From a candidate division WOR-3 bacterium (GTDB taxonomy: Bacteria > Hydrothermota > 32-111): a DNA stretch of 64,000 bases. The position numbers were made by a program, and so were the translations under genes. Each line of letters opens with the position of its first letter. The stretch's first letter is position 1. Below are positions 18,150 through 28,571 of this stretch, piece by piece. The stretch spans positions 192,001-256,000 of the forward strand of contig JBDRZU010000001.1 in NCBI GenBank assembly GCA_039804105.1, read 5' to 3'. The notes under the pieces are model-generated. The model was not told the DNA's origin, ran no database searches, and saw only the letters and a program-made list of their open reading frames with translations.

Positions 18150-19391
18150 ATGTTTAAATTTTTGAAAAATACCTTCAGATCGTTCAGATATTACAATTAT
18201 CGGTTATTTTTCCTCGGGCAGGGTATATCATTGATAGGGACATGGATGCAACAGGTAGCTTCTCCGTGGCTGGTTTATAGAATAACGAATTCACCTTTTT
18301 TACTTGGGTTAACATCATTTGTAGCTTTGAGTCCAAACATATTCATCACACCTTTCAGTGGTGTGGTCGCAGATAGGATTGATCGAAGAAAAATTTTGTA
18401 TTTTACTCAGATTAACATGATGTTATCAGCGTTTCTTTTAACATATTTCTATTTTAAAGGTAGAGGATATGTGTCCTATCCAATCATTTTATTTTTATCT
18501 TTTTATACAGGGATTATGAATGCACTTGATGCTCCAGCGAGACAGGCTTTTGTTTATGATATAGTTTCGGATAAAGTCGATTTACCTAATGCTATCGCTT
18601 TAAACAGTGCAATGTTCAATGGAGCAAGATTTTTCGGCCCAACATTTGCAGGTATTGTTTTGGCAAAGTGGAATGAAGGTGTTTGTTTTTTGATCAACGG
18701 AATCAGTTTTATAGCAGTTTTGATCGCTCTGTTTTTCATGAAACTTGAAAAACATGACAGGGTAAAACTGAAAACAATCAATTTTATTGATGAGTTTAAA
18801 GAAGGTTTAGATTACACATTTAAACATAAGGGAATCCTTTCTATACTTGTTATAGTTGTTATAATTTCAATTTTTGGAATGAGTTATCCTGTTGTGCTTC
18901 CGGTATATGTTAAAGAGATTTTGAAAAAAGGTGGAGATACATTAGGATTTCTGCTTTCGTTCATCGGAATAGGAGCTTTGACTGGTGCGATCTTTATAGC
19001 TTCTTTGAAAAATATAAATATTGTTGTTAGACAGTTTTTTCTTGCGGGATTGATTTTTGGAATCTCATTGATTTCCATCTCTTTTGTGCGCAACATATAT
19101 TTTTTGTATATATTTTTGTTTACGCTTGGTTTTGGTGTTGTATCCCAGGTTTCATCTGGAAACACATTGATTCAACTTTTTGTTGATGATAAGAAAAGGG
19201 GAAGAGTCATGAGTTTATACAATATGGCTTTTTTAGGTTCTGCTCCGATTGGTAGTTTGATCGCAGGATTTTTAATAAAGCAAAATGTTCTCGGAATCTC
19301 AAGAACTTTACTTGTTCTTGGACTTATTTGTGCATCCACATCATTTTTTCTTGTGTTGAACAGAAAAGAGTTCAGAAAAGTGTTCAAATAG
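18150..19391 (+). CDS. MFS transporter (MFS_3/EntS-like)
   Basis: GQGISLIGTWMQ, GVVADRIDRRK, RGRVMSLY; 12 TM. Confidence 0.9.
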   Translation: MFKFLKNTFRSFRYYNYRLFFLGQGISLIGTWMQQVASPWLVYRITNSPFLLGLTSFVALSPNIFITPFSGVVADRIDRRKILYFTQINMMLSAFLLTYFYFKGRGYVSYPIILFLSFYTGIMNALDAPARQAFVYDIVSDKVDLPNAIALNSAMFNGARFFGPTFAGIVLAKWNEGVCFLINGISFIAVLIALFFMKLEKHDRVKLKTINFIDEFKEGLDYTFKHKGILSILVIVVIISIFGMSYPVVLPVYVKEILKKGGDTLGFLLSFIGIGALTGAIFIASLKNINIVVRQFFLAGLIFGISLISISFVRNIYFLYIFLFTLGFGVVSQVSSGNTLIQLFVDDKKRGRVMSLYNMAFLGSAPIGSLIAGFLIKQNVLGISRTLLVLGLICASTSFFLVLNRKEFRKVFK

Positions 19392-19392
19392 T

Positions 19393-19911
19393 TTACTTCC
19401 TAAAACTCAAAATTATACCAAGAACTATGGACCATAAAGCGGCAATACCTATTTGATAATCTTTGGGTAATAAGAATGTGAAAGTATGTGCTGGTATCCA
19501 GAACCAGATTAAAGAAATTAGAGAAAATTCGATACCTTTAAAATCTTTTTTCCACATTATCAGATTCTCCACGAGCCGATGGAACAACATCATCTGGGGC
19601 CCAAAAAAAATATTGGTTAACGCGGAAAGAGAAAAAGCGTAGAATAATGTCCCTTCCTTTACATTGAAGAACATATTGTTTTCAATCAATGCTTTTAAAC
19701 TACCTTTACTTCCAGTAAAACCCATTTTTATCATTATACCTAAAATTCCCCATCCCAATATTTTTAAAATTATTTGAAAAAAGTTTCCGATATTTTTTAA
19801 TCTTTTTCGTATAGAATACGAAATAACTTCTCCTAAAAATCCTAGTATTGCAAATTGAAGGAAAGATGAAATTATAGGGTAAGTTTTTACAAAATGTAAA
19901 TATTTATCCAT
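19393..19911 (-). CDS. Membrane protein, Mpv17/PMP22-like
   Basis: WFWIPAHTFTFLLP..YQIGIAALWS pattern. Confidence 0.6.
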   Translation of the reverse strand: MDKYLHFVKTYPIISSFLQFAILGFLGEVISYSIRKRLKNIGNFFQIILKILGWGILGIMIKMGFTGSKGSLKALIENNMFFNVKEGTLFYAFSLSALTNIFFGPQMMLFHRLVENLIMWKKDFKGIEFSLISLIWFWIPAHTFTFLLPKDYQIGIAALWSIVLGIILSFRK

Positions 19912-19935
19912 TTTTTCTCCTTATTTTAATTTCAA

Positions 19936-19963
19936 ATTATATTTTAAATCCTCATGTAATCAA
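19936..19963 (-). promoter_or_regulatory. Promoter TTGATT-N16-TATAAT
   Basis: Hexamer match upstream of the gene starting at 19911. Confidence 0.55.
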
Positions 19964-19982
19964 CAAAAATTTTATCTGTTTA

Positions 19983-20010
19983 TTGACATGTTGAGTCAAC
20001 TTTATATAAT
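19983..20010 (+). promoter_or_regulatory. Promoter TTGACA-N16-TATAAT
   Basis: Perfect consensus hexamers upstream of AGGAG and ATG 20038. Confidence 0.8.
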
Positions 20011-20037
20011 TGATAAATAACAAAACAGGAGAAATAA

Positions 20038-21582
20038 ATGAAGTTTATTGAAAGAATGGCCAAATGGTTTAACAAAAAGAAAGTTTTATTGGAGGGCGGT
20101 GGGGAACAGGCAATCGAAAAACAGATCCAGAGTGGTAAACTGTTTGCAAGAGATAGAATAGAGTTGCTCCTTGACAAAGATAGTTTTGTTGAAACCGATC
20201 TTTTTGTTGAACACAGTGCAAAAGATTTTGGATTATCAAAGAAATCACTTGCTGGTGATGGTGTTATAACAGGTTATGGAAAAATAAATGGAAGAAAAGT
20301 TTGTATATTTGCACAGGACTTCACAGTTGCAGGTGGTTCACTTGGTGAAATGCATGCCCTAAAAATTACAAAGATTATGGATCTTGCAGCTAAAATGGGG
20401 GTTCCACTCATAGGATTAAACGATTCTGGAGGAGCAAGGATTCAGGAGGGAGTTTCAGCATTGGCTGGTTATGGTAACATATTTTTCAGAAATGCGAGAT
20501 TATCTGGAGTTATTCCCCAAATCTCTGTGATTCTTGGACCATGCGCTGGGGGAGCAGTTTATTCTCCTGCTTTAATGGATTTTGTTTTTATGGTTAACGA
20601 TCTTTCAAAAATGTTTATAACTGGACCTCAGGTCATTAAAACAGTTATAGGAGAGGACATCTCGATGGAGGAACTTGGTGGTGCTTATACACATCACACA
20701 AAAACGGGTAATATACATTTCTTTGCTTCGAACGAATATGAATCATTCTTTCAGGTTCAAAAACTCCTTTCATATATTCCAGACAATTGTTATGAGAAAC
20801 CCAAAAGGATTGAACCCAAACCTCCCAAGGAAACAAAAAGTATTGAAGAGATAATACCTCACGATTCCAAAGAACCTTATGATGTAAAAGATGTGATTTA
20901 TAGTATTGTTGATGATTCCGACTTTTTTGAAGTTCAATCTGGTTGGGCTGAAAATATTGTTGTTGGTTTCGCAAGAATTGATGGAAGGAGTATAGGAATA
21001 GTGGCAAACCAACCTGATGTTCTTGCAGGAGTTCTTGATGTTAACTCTTCTGATAAAGCCGCAAGATTCGTTAGATTCTGTGATGCCTTTAATATACCCC
21101 TTTTAACACTTGTTGATATGCCTGGTTATTTACCGGGAATAGATCAAGAATATGCAGGAGTCATAAGACATGGAGCAAAGTTGTTGTACGCTTACTCTGA
21201 AGCAACTGTACCAAAAATAACTTTGATCTTGAGAAAGGCTTATGGTGGTGGATATATTGCTATGTGTTCTAAACATTTGGGGGCAGATCTTGTGTTTGCT
21301 TTACCAACTGCTGAAATCGCTGTAATGGGACCAGAAGGCGCAGCGAATATTATATTTAAAAAGGAGATTGACGAAAGTGAAGATAAAGAAAAAACCAGAC
21401 AACTAAAAATTCAGGAGTATATCGAAAAGTTTGCTAATCCTTTTGTTGCTGCATCGAAAGGTTATATTGATTCAGTTATAAATCCCGATGAAATAAGAAA
21501 TATGCTTATAAGTGCTTTCGAGATAACTGAGGATAAAAAAGAGAATCTCCCAATCAAAAAACATTCAAACATGCCGGTGTGA
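20038..21582 (+). CDS. Acyl-CoA carboxyltransferase (propionyl-CoA carboxylase beta / methylmalonyl-CoA decarboxylase alpha)
   Basis: QDFTVAGGSLG, DSGGARIQEG, GPCAGGAVYSPA, RKAYGGGY, KKHSNMP. Confidence 0.93.
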   Translation: MKFIERMAKWFNKKKVLLEGGGEQAIEKQIQSGKLFARDRIELLLDKDSFVETDLFVEHSAKDFGLSKKSLAGDGVITGYGKINGRKVCIFAQDFTVAGGSLGEMHALKITKIMDLAAKMGVPLIGLNDSGGARIQEGVSALAGYGNIFFRNARLSGVIPQISVILGPCAGGAVYSPALMDFVFMVNDLSKMFITGPQVIKTVIGEDISMEELGGAYTHHTKTGNIHFFASNEYESFFQVQKLLSYIPDNCYEKPKRIEPKPPKETKSIEEIIPHDSKEPYDVKDVIYSIVDDSDFFEVQSGWAENIVVGFARIDGRSIGIVANQPDVLAGVLDVNSSDKAARFVRFCDAFNIPLLTLVDMPGYLPGIDQEYAGVIRHGAKLLYAYSEATVPKITLILRKAYGGGYIAMCSKHLGADLVFALPTAEIAVMGPEGAANIIFKKEIDESEDKEKTRQLKIQEYIEKFANPFVAASKGYIDSVINPDEIRNMLISAFEITEDKKENLPIKKHSNMPV

Positions 21583-21896
21583 TTATGGAAAAGAAAAAAA
21601 ATAACATATCAGTTGATTTTGATCAGTATCCAACAAACATCCCACAGGATTATAAATTACCCATAGATACCACTCTTGAAGATCCATTCGAAGTAAGATC
21701 TCCAATACCAGGAATCATTACGAAAGTTTTTGTTAAAGAGAGGGATAAGGTTTCAAGTGGAACAGTGTTGATGATACTTGAAGCGATGAAAATGAAAAAC
21801 AGAATCTATTCGAAGGTGGAAGGGGAAATAAAGGAAATCTATGTTAAAGAAGGAGAAAGGGTTGTTAAGAATCAAAAACTCTGTAAAATCGAATAA
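21579..21896 (+). CDS. Biotin carboxyl carrier protein
   Basis: EAMKM biotinylation motif. Confidence 0.92.
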   Translation: MIMEKKKNNISVDFDQYPTNIPQDYKLPIDTTLEDPFEVRSPIPGIITKVFVKERDKVSSGTVLMILEAMKMKNRIYSKVEGEIKEIYVKEGERVVKNQKLCKIE

Positions 21897-22518
21897 AATT
21901 ATTTTCTTATTTCTATCTTTATACTTTATTATATTTCTTTTTGGTGATTATAAATTTTCATACCGTTTGAAAGAATATTTTGAAAACGATTCTTCTTTAA
22001 TAAATTTTGATATTCTGACGAAAGAAAATAGTATCATTTTTAAAAATGAGAATATTAGATACATTTTCAAAGAAAATAGTGATACCTTTTATCTTGTAGA
22101 TGATGAAAATAAAACCGTAACTACTCTTTCTTTTGAATTTTTTGATTTCTTTTCATCTTATCTTGATAAAAATATCCTAAAAAATAAAAAAATGAATTTT
22201 GTTAAGGATACTGTATTAACAGGTATTCCGGTTAAATATTTTAGTATGGATATAGATTCTTTAAAAAGAATAAAAATGTTTGTAACAAAAGAAAACTTTG
22301 AACTATCAAAAATGATCAAAAGGTATAACAAGATTTTGAAAAGTTACCTGAATGTTGATTTTGAGATAATATTTGATTCGATTTATGGAGGTATTCCTGT
22401 TTTGTTCGAATTTATTAATGGGAAGGATGTTGATGTTGATATGCAACTTTTGAGTTTTCAAAAGGATAATTTTGAGAGGGAATTTGTGATACCACAAAAT
22501 TACAAAATTAACAGATGA
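21841..22518 (+). CDS. Hypothetical exported protein (start uncertain)
   Basis: Long ORF with signal-like KIIFLFLSLYFIIFLFG; the only upstream ATG overlaps the previous gene by 56 nt. Confidence 0.6.
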   Translation: MLKKEKGLLRIKNSVKSNKIIFLFLSLYFIIFLFGDYKFSYRLKEYFENDSSLINFDILTKENSIIFKNENIRYIFKENSDTFYLVDDENKTVTTLSFEFFDFFSSYLDKNILKNKKMNFVKDTVLTGIPVKYFSMDIDSLKRIKMFVTKENFELSKMIKRYNKILKSYLNVDFEIIFDSIYGGIPVLFEFINGKDVDVDMQLLSFQKDNFEREFVIPQNYKINR

Positions 22519-23381
22519 AAAGAAGAAAGCGGATAGTGAAAAAAATAATACTCTGTTGTATTCTAATGATTTTTACTAATATATATTCTCAGATAGTTTT
22601 ACCTGATGCGAGTTTTGACCATAAATATTTTGATTATTTTGAACAAGGAATAAATGCAAATTTTACCACTTCGCAACTCTCCAATTCTTTTAATCTACTC
22701 TATCTATGGAATAGCGACTTTTTGACAGGACTTGGTTTAAAAGTTATTAATTATGGCACTATCGATTATACAACTGTTTTGGATACAACCAGCGAGCCTT
22801 CTCCCATTAATTATCCATACATAATTAAGAATGAAAATCTAAATAAATTAAGTTTCACTTTTTTCTTTGGTAAAAAAACAAAATTTTTGAATTGTCTATT
22901 CAACCTGAATTTCAACTATTTAAATTTTTCAAAGAATCCAATAATATTAACAAATTCTCTTAATATTGAAAAAATTTTAGCTGATTATTCTCTTTTTTTA
23001 AATTTTTATGATTTACTTCCTGTTCAAAACTTTGGAGAGGATTATGAATATGTTTTTGAACCTCAGGGAGATGTCGGTTTTTCAAAACTGTTCAAAAAAG
23101 ATGCATCATCTTTAAAAATATCCTTTGTTGTAAATTTCTTAACATATCTTGATGATGGATATACTTTTGTTTACAAATTTCTTTCTTTATCTCCATCCCT
23201 GGAGTTAGATTACAAGTATAAAAATATTGCACTTGTTTTAAATACTTTTTCAGAGAAGTTCGAAGTTTCATTCTTATACACTTTTTCAGAAAAGTTTGCC
23301 ATATTTTCAAGTTATGGTAAAAATTATTCAAGTTTTCAATATTTTTCGATTGGTATAAATTTTAAAGGAGTAAATAATTGA
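22515..23381 (+). CDS. Hypothetical exported protein, possibly beta-barrel (alternative GTG start 22536)
   Basis: Signal peptide; alternating aromatic/hydrophobic strands in the C-terminal half. Confidence 0.6.
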   Translation: MKRRKRIVKKIILCCILMIFTNIYSQIVLPDASFDHKYFDYFEQGINANFTTSQLSNSFNLLYLWNSDFLTGLGLKVINYGTIDYTTVLDTTSEPSPINYPYIIKNENLNKLSFTFFFGKKTKFLNCLFNLNFNYLNFSKNPIILTNSLNIEKILADYSLFLNFYDLLPVQNFGEDYEYVFEPQGDVGFSKLFKKDASSLKISFVVNFLTYLDDGYTFVYKFLSLSPSLELDYKYKNIALVLNTFSEKFEVSFLYTFSEKFAIFSSYGKNYSSFQYFSIGINFKGVNN

Positions 23382-24844
23382 AAAAGATAATTATCATCGG
23401 ATCTGGTTTTGGAGGACTTTCTGCTGCTGCTTTTCTTTCAAAATATGGTTTCGATGTAACGGTGTTAGAAAAGAATTCTCAGATTGGTGGAAGAGCTTCA
23501 ACCTATTTTGAAAAAGGATTTCTTTTTGATAAAGGACCTTCATGGTATTTGATGCCTGAAATTTTTGAGAGGTTTTTCCAAAATTTTAATAAAAATTTTT
23601 TTGACTATTATAAACTTATAAAACTTGATCCAAACTATAGGTTATTTTTTGAGGATGGTCAGATAATAGATATACCATCAGATATCGAATCGATAAAAGA
23701 TATTTTTGAAAGTTTAGAAAGAGGAAGTTCTAAAAGGTTAGAAGAATATATTTCGAATGCGACATATCAATACAATCTGATAGATAAATTTTTGTATAGA
23801 AAGTATGAAAGTATTAAAGATGTTATTGATCTAAAACTTTTAACGGATGGAATAAAACTCAATATTTTCCATTATATGGATGGTTATGTAAAACGATTTT
23901 TTAAGAGCAAGAAATTGAGACAGATTCTTGAATACACAACAGTTTTTCTTGGTTCTTCTCCATATAATACACCAGCATTCTATTCCATTATGAGTTATGT
24001 TGATTTCAAGTCGGGAGTTTTTTATCCTTTTGAGGGTTTTTCTAAAGTTGCTCAATCTTATGCAGAAGTTGCAAGGGAGTTTGGATGTAAAATTTTCCTT
24101 AACAATGAAGTGAAAAAGATAGTTGTTAAAAATGGAATAGCAAAAGGTGTTGAAACCAACAATGGTTTTTTTGATGGTGATATAGTTATTTCGAATGCAG
24201 ATTTTTATTTTACGGAAAACTATCTGCTTGAACCTTCCTATAAAAGTTTTGATGAAAAATACTGGAATAAAAAAATTTTAGGGCCATCAGCTTTTTTAAT
24301 CTTTCTTGGGATCAATAAAAAAATAGAAAAATTAAAACATCATAACCTTTGTCTTGTTAACGATTGGGAAATACATTTTAAAACTATTTTTGATATACAA
24401 AAAATGCCTGAAAATCCATCCTTTTATATATCGGTCACCTCAAAAACAGATAAAACGACAGCACCTGAAAATTATGAAAATCTTTTTGTCCTTGTGCCAA
24501 TATCTTCAGGTATTGATGATAACGATCATTTAAGAAAAGAATTTTCTGAAAAAATAGTTAACAGAATTTCAAAACTTGTTGGTTTTGATTTAAAAGAAAA
24601 TATTATAGTAAAAAAAGTATATTCTATAAATGATTTTATAGAAGATTATAATTCATATAAAGGGAATGCTCTTGGTCTTTCCCATGCTAAATTTCAAACT
24701 GCAATTTTTCGATTGCCTTATAGAAGTAAAAAAGTGAAAAACCTATTTTTTGTTGGACATTATACACATCCGGGAATCGGAGTCCCAATGGTAACAATCG
24801 CTGGAGAAGTTTTATCGAAAATTGTCAAAAAAATTTATGATTAA
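23378..24844 (+). CDS. crtI: Phytoene desaturase family
   Basis: IIGSGFGGLSAA, FDKGPSWYLMP, GHYTHPGIGVPM; next to crtB. Confidence 0.92.
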   Translation: MKKIIIIGSGFGGLSAAAFLSKYGFDVTVLEKNSQIGGRASTYFEKGFLFDKGPSWYLMPEIFERFFQNFNKNFFDYYKLIKLDPNYRLFFEDGQIIDIPSDIESIKDIFESLERGSSKRLEEYISNATYQYNLIDKFLYRKYESIKDVIDLKLLTDGIKLNIFHYMDGYVKRFFKSKKLRQILEYTTVFLGSSPYNTPAFYSIMSYVDFKSGVFYPFEGFSKVAQSYAEVAREFGCKIFLNNEVKKIVVKNGIAKGVETNNGFFDGDIVISNADFYFTENYLLEPSYKSFDEKYWNKKILGPSAFLIFLGINKKIEKLKHHNLCLVNDWEIHFKTIFDIQKMPENPSFYISVTSKTDKTTAPENYENLFVLVPISSGIDDNDHLRKEFSEKIVNRISKLVGFDLKENIIVKKVYSINDFIEDYNSYKGNALGLSHAKFQTAIFRLPYRSKKVKNLFFVGHYTHPGIGVPMVTIAGEVLSKIVKKIYD

Positions 24845-25664
24845 CAAAACCTCTTATCAAATTTTTAAAAACGGGTCAAAAACATACTTTTATTCAAGCG
24901 TATTTTTCCCTATAACAGTAAGAAGCAGGGTTTTTATCCTTTACAGTTTTGTAAGAAAAGCTGATAATTTTGTTGATTCTGTTCCACAAGATAAGGATGG
25001 TTTTTACAGGTTCAAGGATGATTTTTATAAGAGGTTGAAAGGGGAGAAGGTTGAAGATGTGGTGATTGAAAGTTTTGTTTCTCTTATGAAAAAATTTGAT
25101 ATCAAAAAAGAATGGGTCGATTCATTTCTTGATTCGATGGAGATGGATATAAATAAAAAAACATATTTAAATCTCGACGAAACTTTAAAATATATGTACG
25201 GATCAGCGGAAGTCATAGGTATTATGATGTGTAAAATTATGGGACTTACAGAAGAGTCATACCATTATGCAAGAAATTTAGGCAGAGCGATGCAATATAT
25301 CAATTTTATAAGAGATATAAATGAGGATAATCAACTTGGGAGGTTGTATCTCCCACTTGATGTTTTGAAAAAATATGATCTAAATTCTTTAACCTATGAA
25401 GAGGTTTCAAAGAAAGACGAACGATTTAAAGAATTTCTAAGGGAACAGTTAGATCTTTATTTTAAGTGGCAAAATATTGGTGAACAAGGTTATAGATACA
25501 TTCCAAAATATCTTATGGTTCCAATCAAAACAGCATCAGATATGTACAAATATACAGCGAAAAGAATTTATGATAATCCTTTCATAGTTTACAAGATCAA
25601 AGTTAAACCAAGGATCAGAAGAATTGTTTTCACTGGTATAAAAAATATTTTTAATACTTTTTAA
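24837..25664 (+). CDS. crtB: Phytoene synthase
   Basis: SKTY, RKADNFVD, SMEMD, YMYGSAEVIG, AMQYINFIRDINED. Confidence 0.93.
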   Translation: MINKTSYQIFKNGSKTYFYSSVFFPITVRSRVFILYSFVRKADNFVDSVPQDKDGFYRFKDDFYKRLKGEKVEDVVIESFVSLMKKFDIKKEWVDSFLDSMEMDINKKTYLNLDETLKYMYGSAEVIGIMMCKIMGLTEESYHYARNLGRAMQYINFIRDINEDNQLGRLYLPLDVLKKYDLNSLTYEEVSKKDERFKEFLREQLDLYFKWQNIGEQGYRYIPKYLMVPIKTASDMYKYTAKRIYDNPFIVYKIKVKPRIRRIVFTGIKNIFNTF

Positions 25665-25665
25665 T

Positions 25666-26229
25666 ATGAAAAAATTATCTCTTATTCTTATATTTATATT
25701 AGTTTTTTATATTTTTCCGAATAACCCATATAAAGAGGAAATCGATTATGAAAAATTGAACTTTATTAGGGAAAAATATTATATAGCAATCGAAAATCTT
25801 GATACGACAAAGTTTTTAGAAAATTATATGGAAAAAAACTTTGGAACCGATATTTCCCAATATAATCCTATTCTTATGTCATATTATGCATGTCTAAAGG
25901 GTCTCGAGGGTAAGTTTGAAAAAAACATTCCCAAAAAAGTCAAATTTGTGTTCAAAGCGATTTCGATAATCGATAGTTCTGTTAGCAAATTTCCTGATTG
26001 TCTTGAAATCAGATTCTTAAGGTTTTCTTTTTATGAAAATCTCCCAGATTACTTCAATGTATCAAAAAAGAGAAATGAGGATTTAAAATTTATTTATGAG
26101 TATCTGCTTCATAAAGATTTTTCATTCGTTCCTCGAAAGATTCAGGTTGATATGATAAAATTTATTGTTTCAACAAGAAGATTGAGAGATAATGAAAATT
26201 TAAAACTGATAAGGTTATTGAATGAGTAG
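25666..26229 (+). CDS. Hypothetical exported helical protein within the carotenoid cluster
   Basis: Signal peptide, EIRFLRF motif; 1 nt after crtB. Confidence 0.7.
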   Translation: MKKLSLILIFILVFYIFPNNPYKEEIDYEKLNFIREKYYIAIENLDTTKFLENYMEKNFGTDISQYNPILMSYYACLKGLEGKFEKNIPKKVKFVFKAISIIDSSVSKFPDCLEIRFLRFSFYENLPDYFNVSKKRNEDLKFIYEYLLHKDFSFVPRKIQVDMIKFIVSTRRLRDNENLKLIRLLNE

Positions 26230-26908
26230 ATATCTTTTGATCAATATTATCATTATCATTTTTCCTTTAATAGGTTCTATTTTATTGTACAAATATACTC
26301 TAAAAAAATTGATATCATTTTTTATATCATTTATTTCGGTCGGAATACCTTTTATAATCTGGGATTCGGTAGCAACAAAAAGGGGAGATTGGTTTTTCAA
26401 TTCGAAATATGTTAACACTACAAGAATTTTTGATCTACCTTTAGAAGAAGTACTTTTTTTTATTACCGTTCCTTATGCATGTTTATTTCTATATGAAGGA
26501 ATAAAATTTTTTGTTTTTGATACAAAAGTAAAGCCATTGCCAAAAATTGTTATAACATCTGTAGGATTAACTTTTATTCTTCTTGGTGTTTATTTTATTT
26601 TTACTCCCTACACTTCAACCATTTTCTTTGTTACGGGATTAACATTTATAATGTTATCTTACTGTTTTAATTTTCTTCTTAAAAATGTTCATTACTACAT
26701 TTTTCTTGTGCTTATTTTTATTCTATTCTTTATTTTTAATTCATTGTTAACTGGAATTCCAATCGTTTTATATTCTAAAAAAGCGATCACAAATATAAGG
26801 ATCGGAACAATTCCTGTTGAGGATTTTTTTTATAACTTTTCATTGCTGACTCTCTATCTTGGAATTTATGAATTGATTAACAGAAAATTTTTTACAAAAG
26901 AAGTATAA
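26222..26908 (+). CDS. Lycopene cyclase, fused CrtYc/Yd type
   Basis: Two repeats ending LPLEEVLFF and IPVEDFFY; highly hydrophobic. Confidence 0.88.
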   Translation: MSRYLLINIIIIIFPLIGSILLYKYTLKKLISFFISFISVGIPFIIWDSVATKRGDWFFNSKYVNTTRIFDLPLEEVLFFITVPYACLFLYEGIKFFVFDTKVKPLPKIVITSVGLTFILLGVYFIFTPYTSTIFFVTGLTFIMLSYCFNFLLKNVHYYIFLVLIFILFFIFNSLLTGIPIVLYSKKAITNIRIGTIPVEDFFYNFSLLTLYLGIYELINRKFFTKEV

Positions 26909-27716
26909 GTTCTCTGACTATTTTTGCAGCTGCTGCTGAAGAGATTCCTGAAACGTCATGTTCAGGTGAAAGTTCGACGATATCGGTTCCAATGATTTCA
27001 AAATTTTTAAATTTTAATAGAAAATCTATGAACTCTTTAAAATTTAACCCACCTGCTTCAGGTGTTCCTGTTCCTGGAACAACAGAAGGATCAAGAACAT
27101 CGAGATCTATTGAAATATAAATTTTTTTATTTTTGATAAGATCAAAATCGAAAGAATCAGGTCGCTCATTAAAAAAGAGAAGTTTTTTTGAAAATTCGTA
27201 CTCTTCTTCTGTATAAGATCTGATGCCGATCTGACATATTCTTTTCTCACCAATCAATTTTGTACAATTTCTTATTACACATGCATGTGAAAATTTAGTT
27301 CCCATATATTCTTCTCTTAAATCTGCATGAGCATCAAAAACTATTAGAACAAAGTCGTTGTAGAAATCGTTGAAAGCTTTTATTATCGGATAAGTTATCG
27401 AATGCTCCCCGCCGAGAGAAATTATTTTTTTGTTTGATTTTAAAAGTTTTTTTGTTGTTTTAAATATTATTTCATTTGTTTTTTTGATGTTTCCTAAAGG
27501 TAATTCAATATCACCCATATCGAAATAATTTTTCGTATGGATATCTTTTTTTTGATAGTTTGAAAAAGTTTCAAGGTTCCAAGAAAAAAATCTTAATGAA
27601 TTTGGTCCATTCCTTGAACCTGCTCTAAAAGATGATGTTGAATCGAAAGGATATCCGACGATAACGATTTCAGAATTTTTTTTATCCTCTGATGATTCGA
27701 GAAAATTATAGATCAT
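26892..27716 (-). CDS. speB: Agmatinase
   Basis: GGEHS, DAHAD, SHAC, DLDVLDP, GTPEAGG. Confidence 0.93.
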   Translation of the reverse strand: MIYNFLESSEDKKNSEIVIVGYPFDSTSSFRAGSRNGPNSLRFFSWNLETFSNYQKKDIHTKNYFDMGDIELPLGNIKKTNEIIFKTTKKLLKSNKKIISLGGEHSITYPIIKAFNDFYNDFVLIVFDAHADLREEYMGTKFSHACVIRNCTKLIGEKRICQIGIRSYTEEEYEFSKKLLFFNERPDSFDFDLIKNKKIYISIDLDVLDPSVVPGTGTPEAGGLNFKEFIDFLLKFKNFEIIGTDIVELSPEHDVSGISSAAAAKIVRELILLL

Positions 27717-28569
27717 AGATCTTTTTAACAAAGTTTGGCAAAGCGAACGAACTTTTGTGAATCTCGTGGTTGTAATAGTTTAAACTTTTTTCAAAAGGTT
27801 TTATTAATTTTTTATCTTTTACTTCTATGTCGAAATTTTCTTTTGAGCATATCATAAAATTCCACATCCCAGATGGATATGTTGGTATGAATGCAAGATA
27901 AGGTTTTACATGTTTAAAAACTTTTTTCATCCTTTCATATATAATTTTAACAGATTCTTTATGAAGGTATGGACTTTCGGCTTGAACTGTTAAAAAGCCG
28001 TTTTTACTTAAAATCTTATGACAGTTTTTATAAAATTTTTCTGTAAAAAGTCCTTCACCTGGTCCTATTGGATCAGAAGAGTCAATAATTATGAGATCAA
28101 AATTTTCATTTGTTTTGTTGACAAAATCAATTCCATCTCCAATTATGATGTTAGCATTTTTTGAAAGATTTTTTGTTAACTGAGGGAAAAATTTTTTAGA
28201 TGATTTTACAACTTCACCATCGATTTCAACCATTTTTATTTTTTTAATGTGTTTATATTTTGAAACTTCTCTTAAAGTTCCACAATCTCCACCCCCAATT
28301 ATCAATACATTTTCTATATCAGGATTTATATTTATCGGTATATGGGTTATCATTTCATGGTAAACGAACTCATCCCTTTCTGTAAGCATTACTAGTCCAT
28401 CTAAGATCATTACTTTACCATATTCGTATGTGTCAAGTATCACGAGGTCCTGATATTTTGTTTTTTTTCTGTAGAGTGTCTCTTTGACTTTAAAAGTGAT
28501 CCCGGTATTTTTTGTATGGTATTCTGTGAACCAGATTTCGGTTTGCCCGGAAGTGTTGAACTCTTTCAT
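27706..28569 (-). CDS. speE: Polyamine aminopropyltransferase (spermidine synthase)
   Basis: LDGLVMLTERDEFVYHEM, IIGGGDCG, DSSDPIGPG, PTYPSGMW. Confidence 0.95.
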   Translation of the reverse strand: MKEFNTSGQTEIWFTEYHTKNTGITFKVKETLYRKKTKYQDLVILDTYEYGKVMILDGLVMLTERDEFVYHEMITHIPININPDIENVLIIGGGDCGTLREVSKYKHIKKIKMVEIDGEVVKSSKKFFPQLTKNLSKNANIIIGDGIDFVNKTNENFDLIIIDSSDPIGPGEGLFTEKFYKNCHKILSKNGFLTVQAESPYLHKESVKIIYERMKKVFKHVKPYLAFIPTYPSGMWNFMICSKENFDIEVKDKKLIKPFEKSLNYYNHEIHKSSFALPNFVKKIYDL

Positions 28570-28571
28570 TT

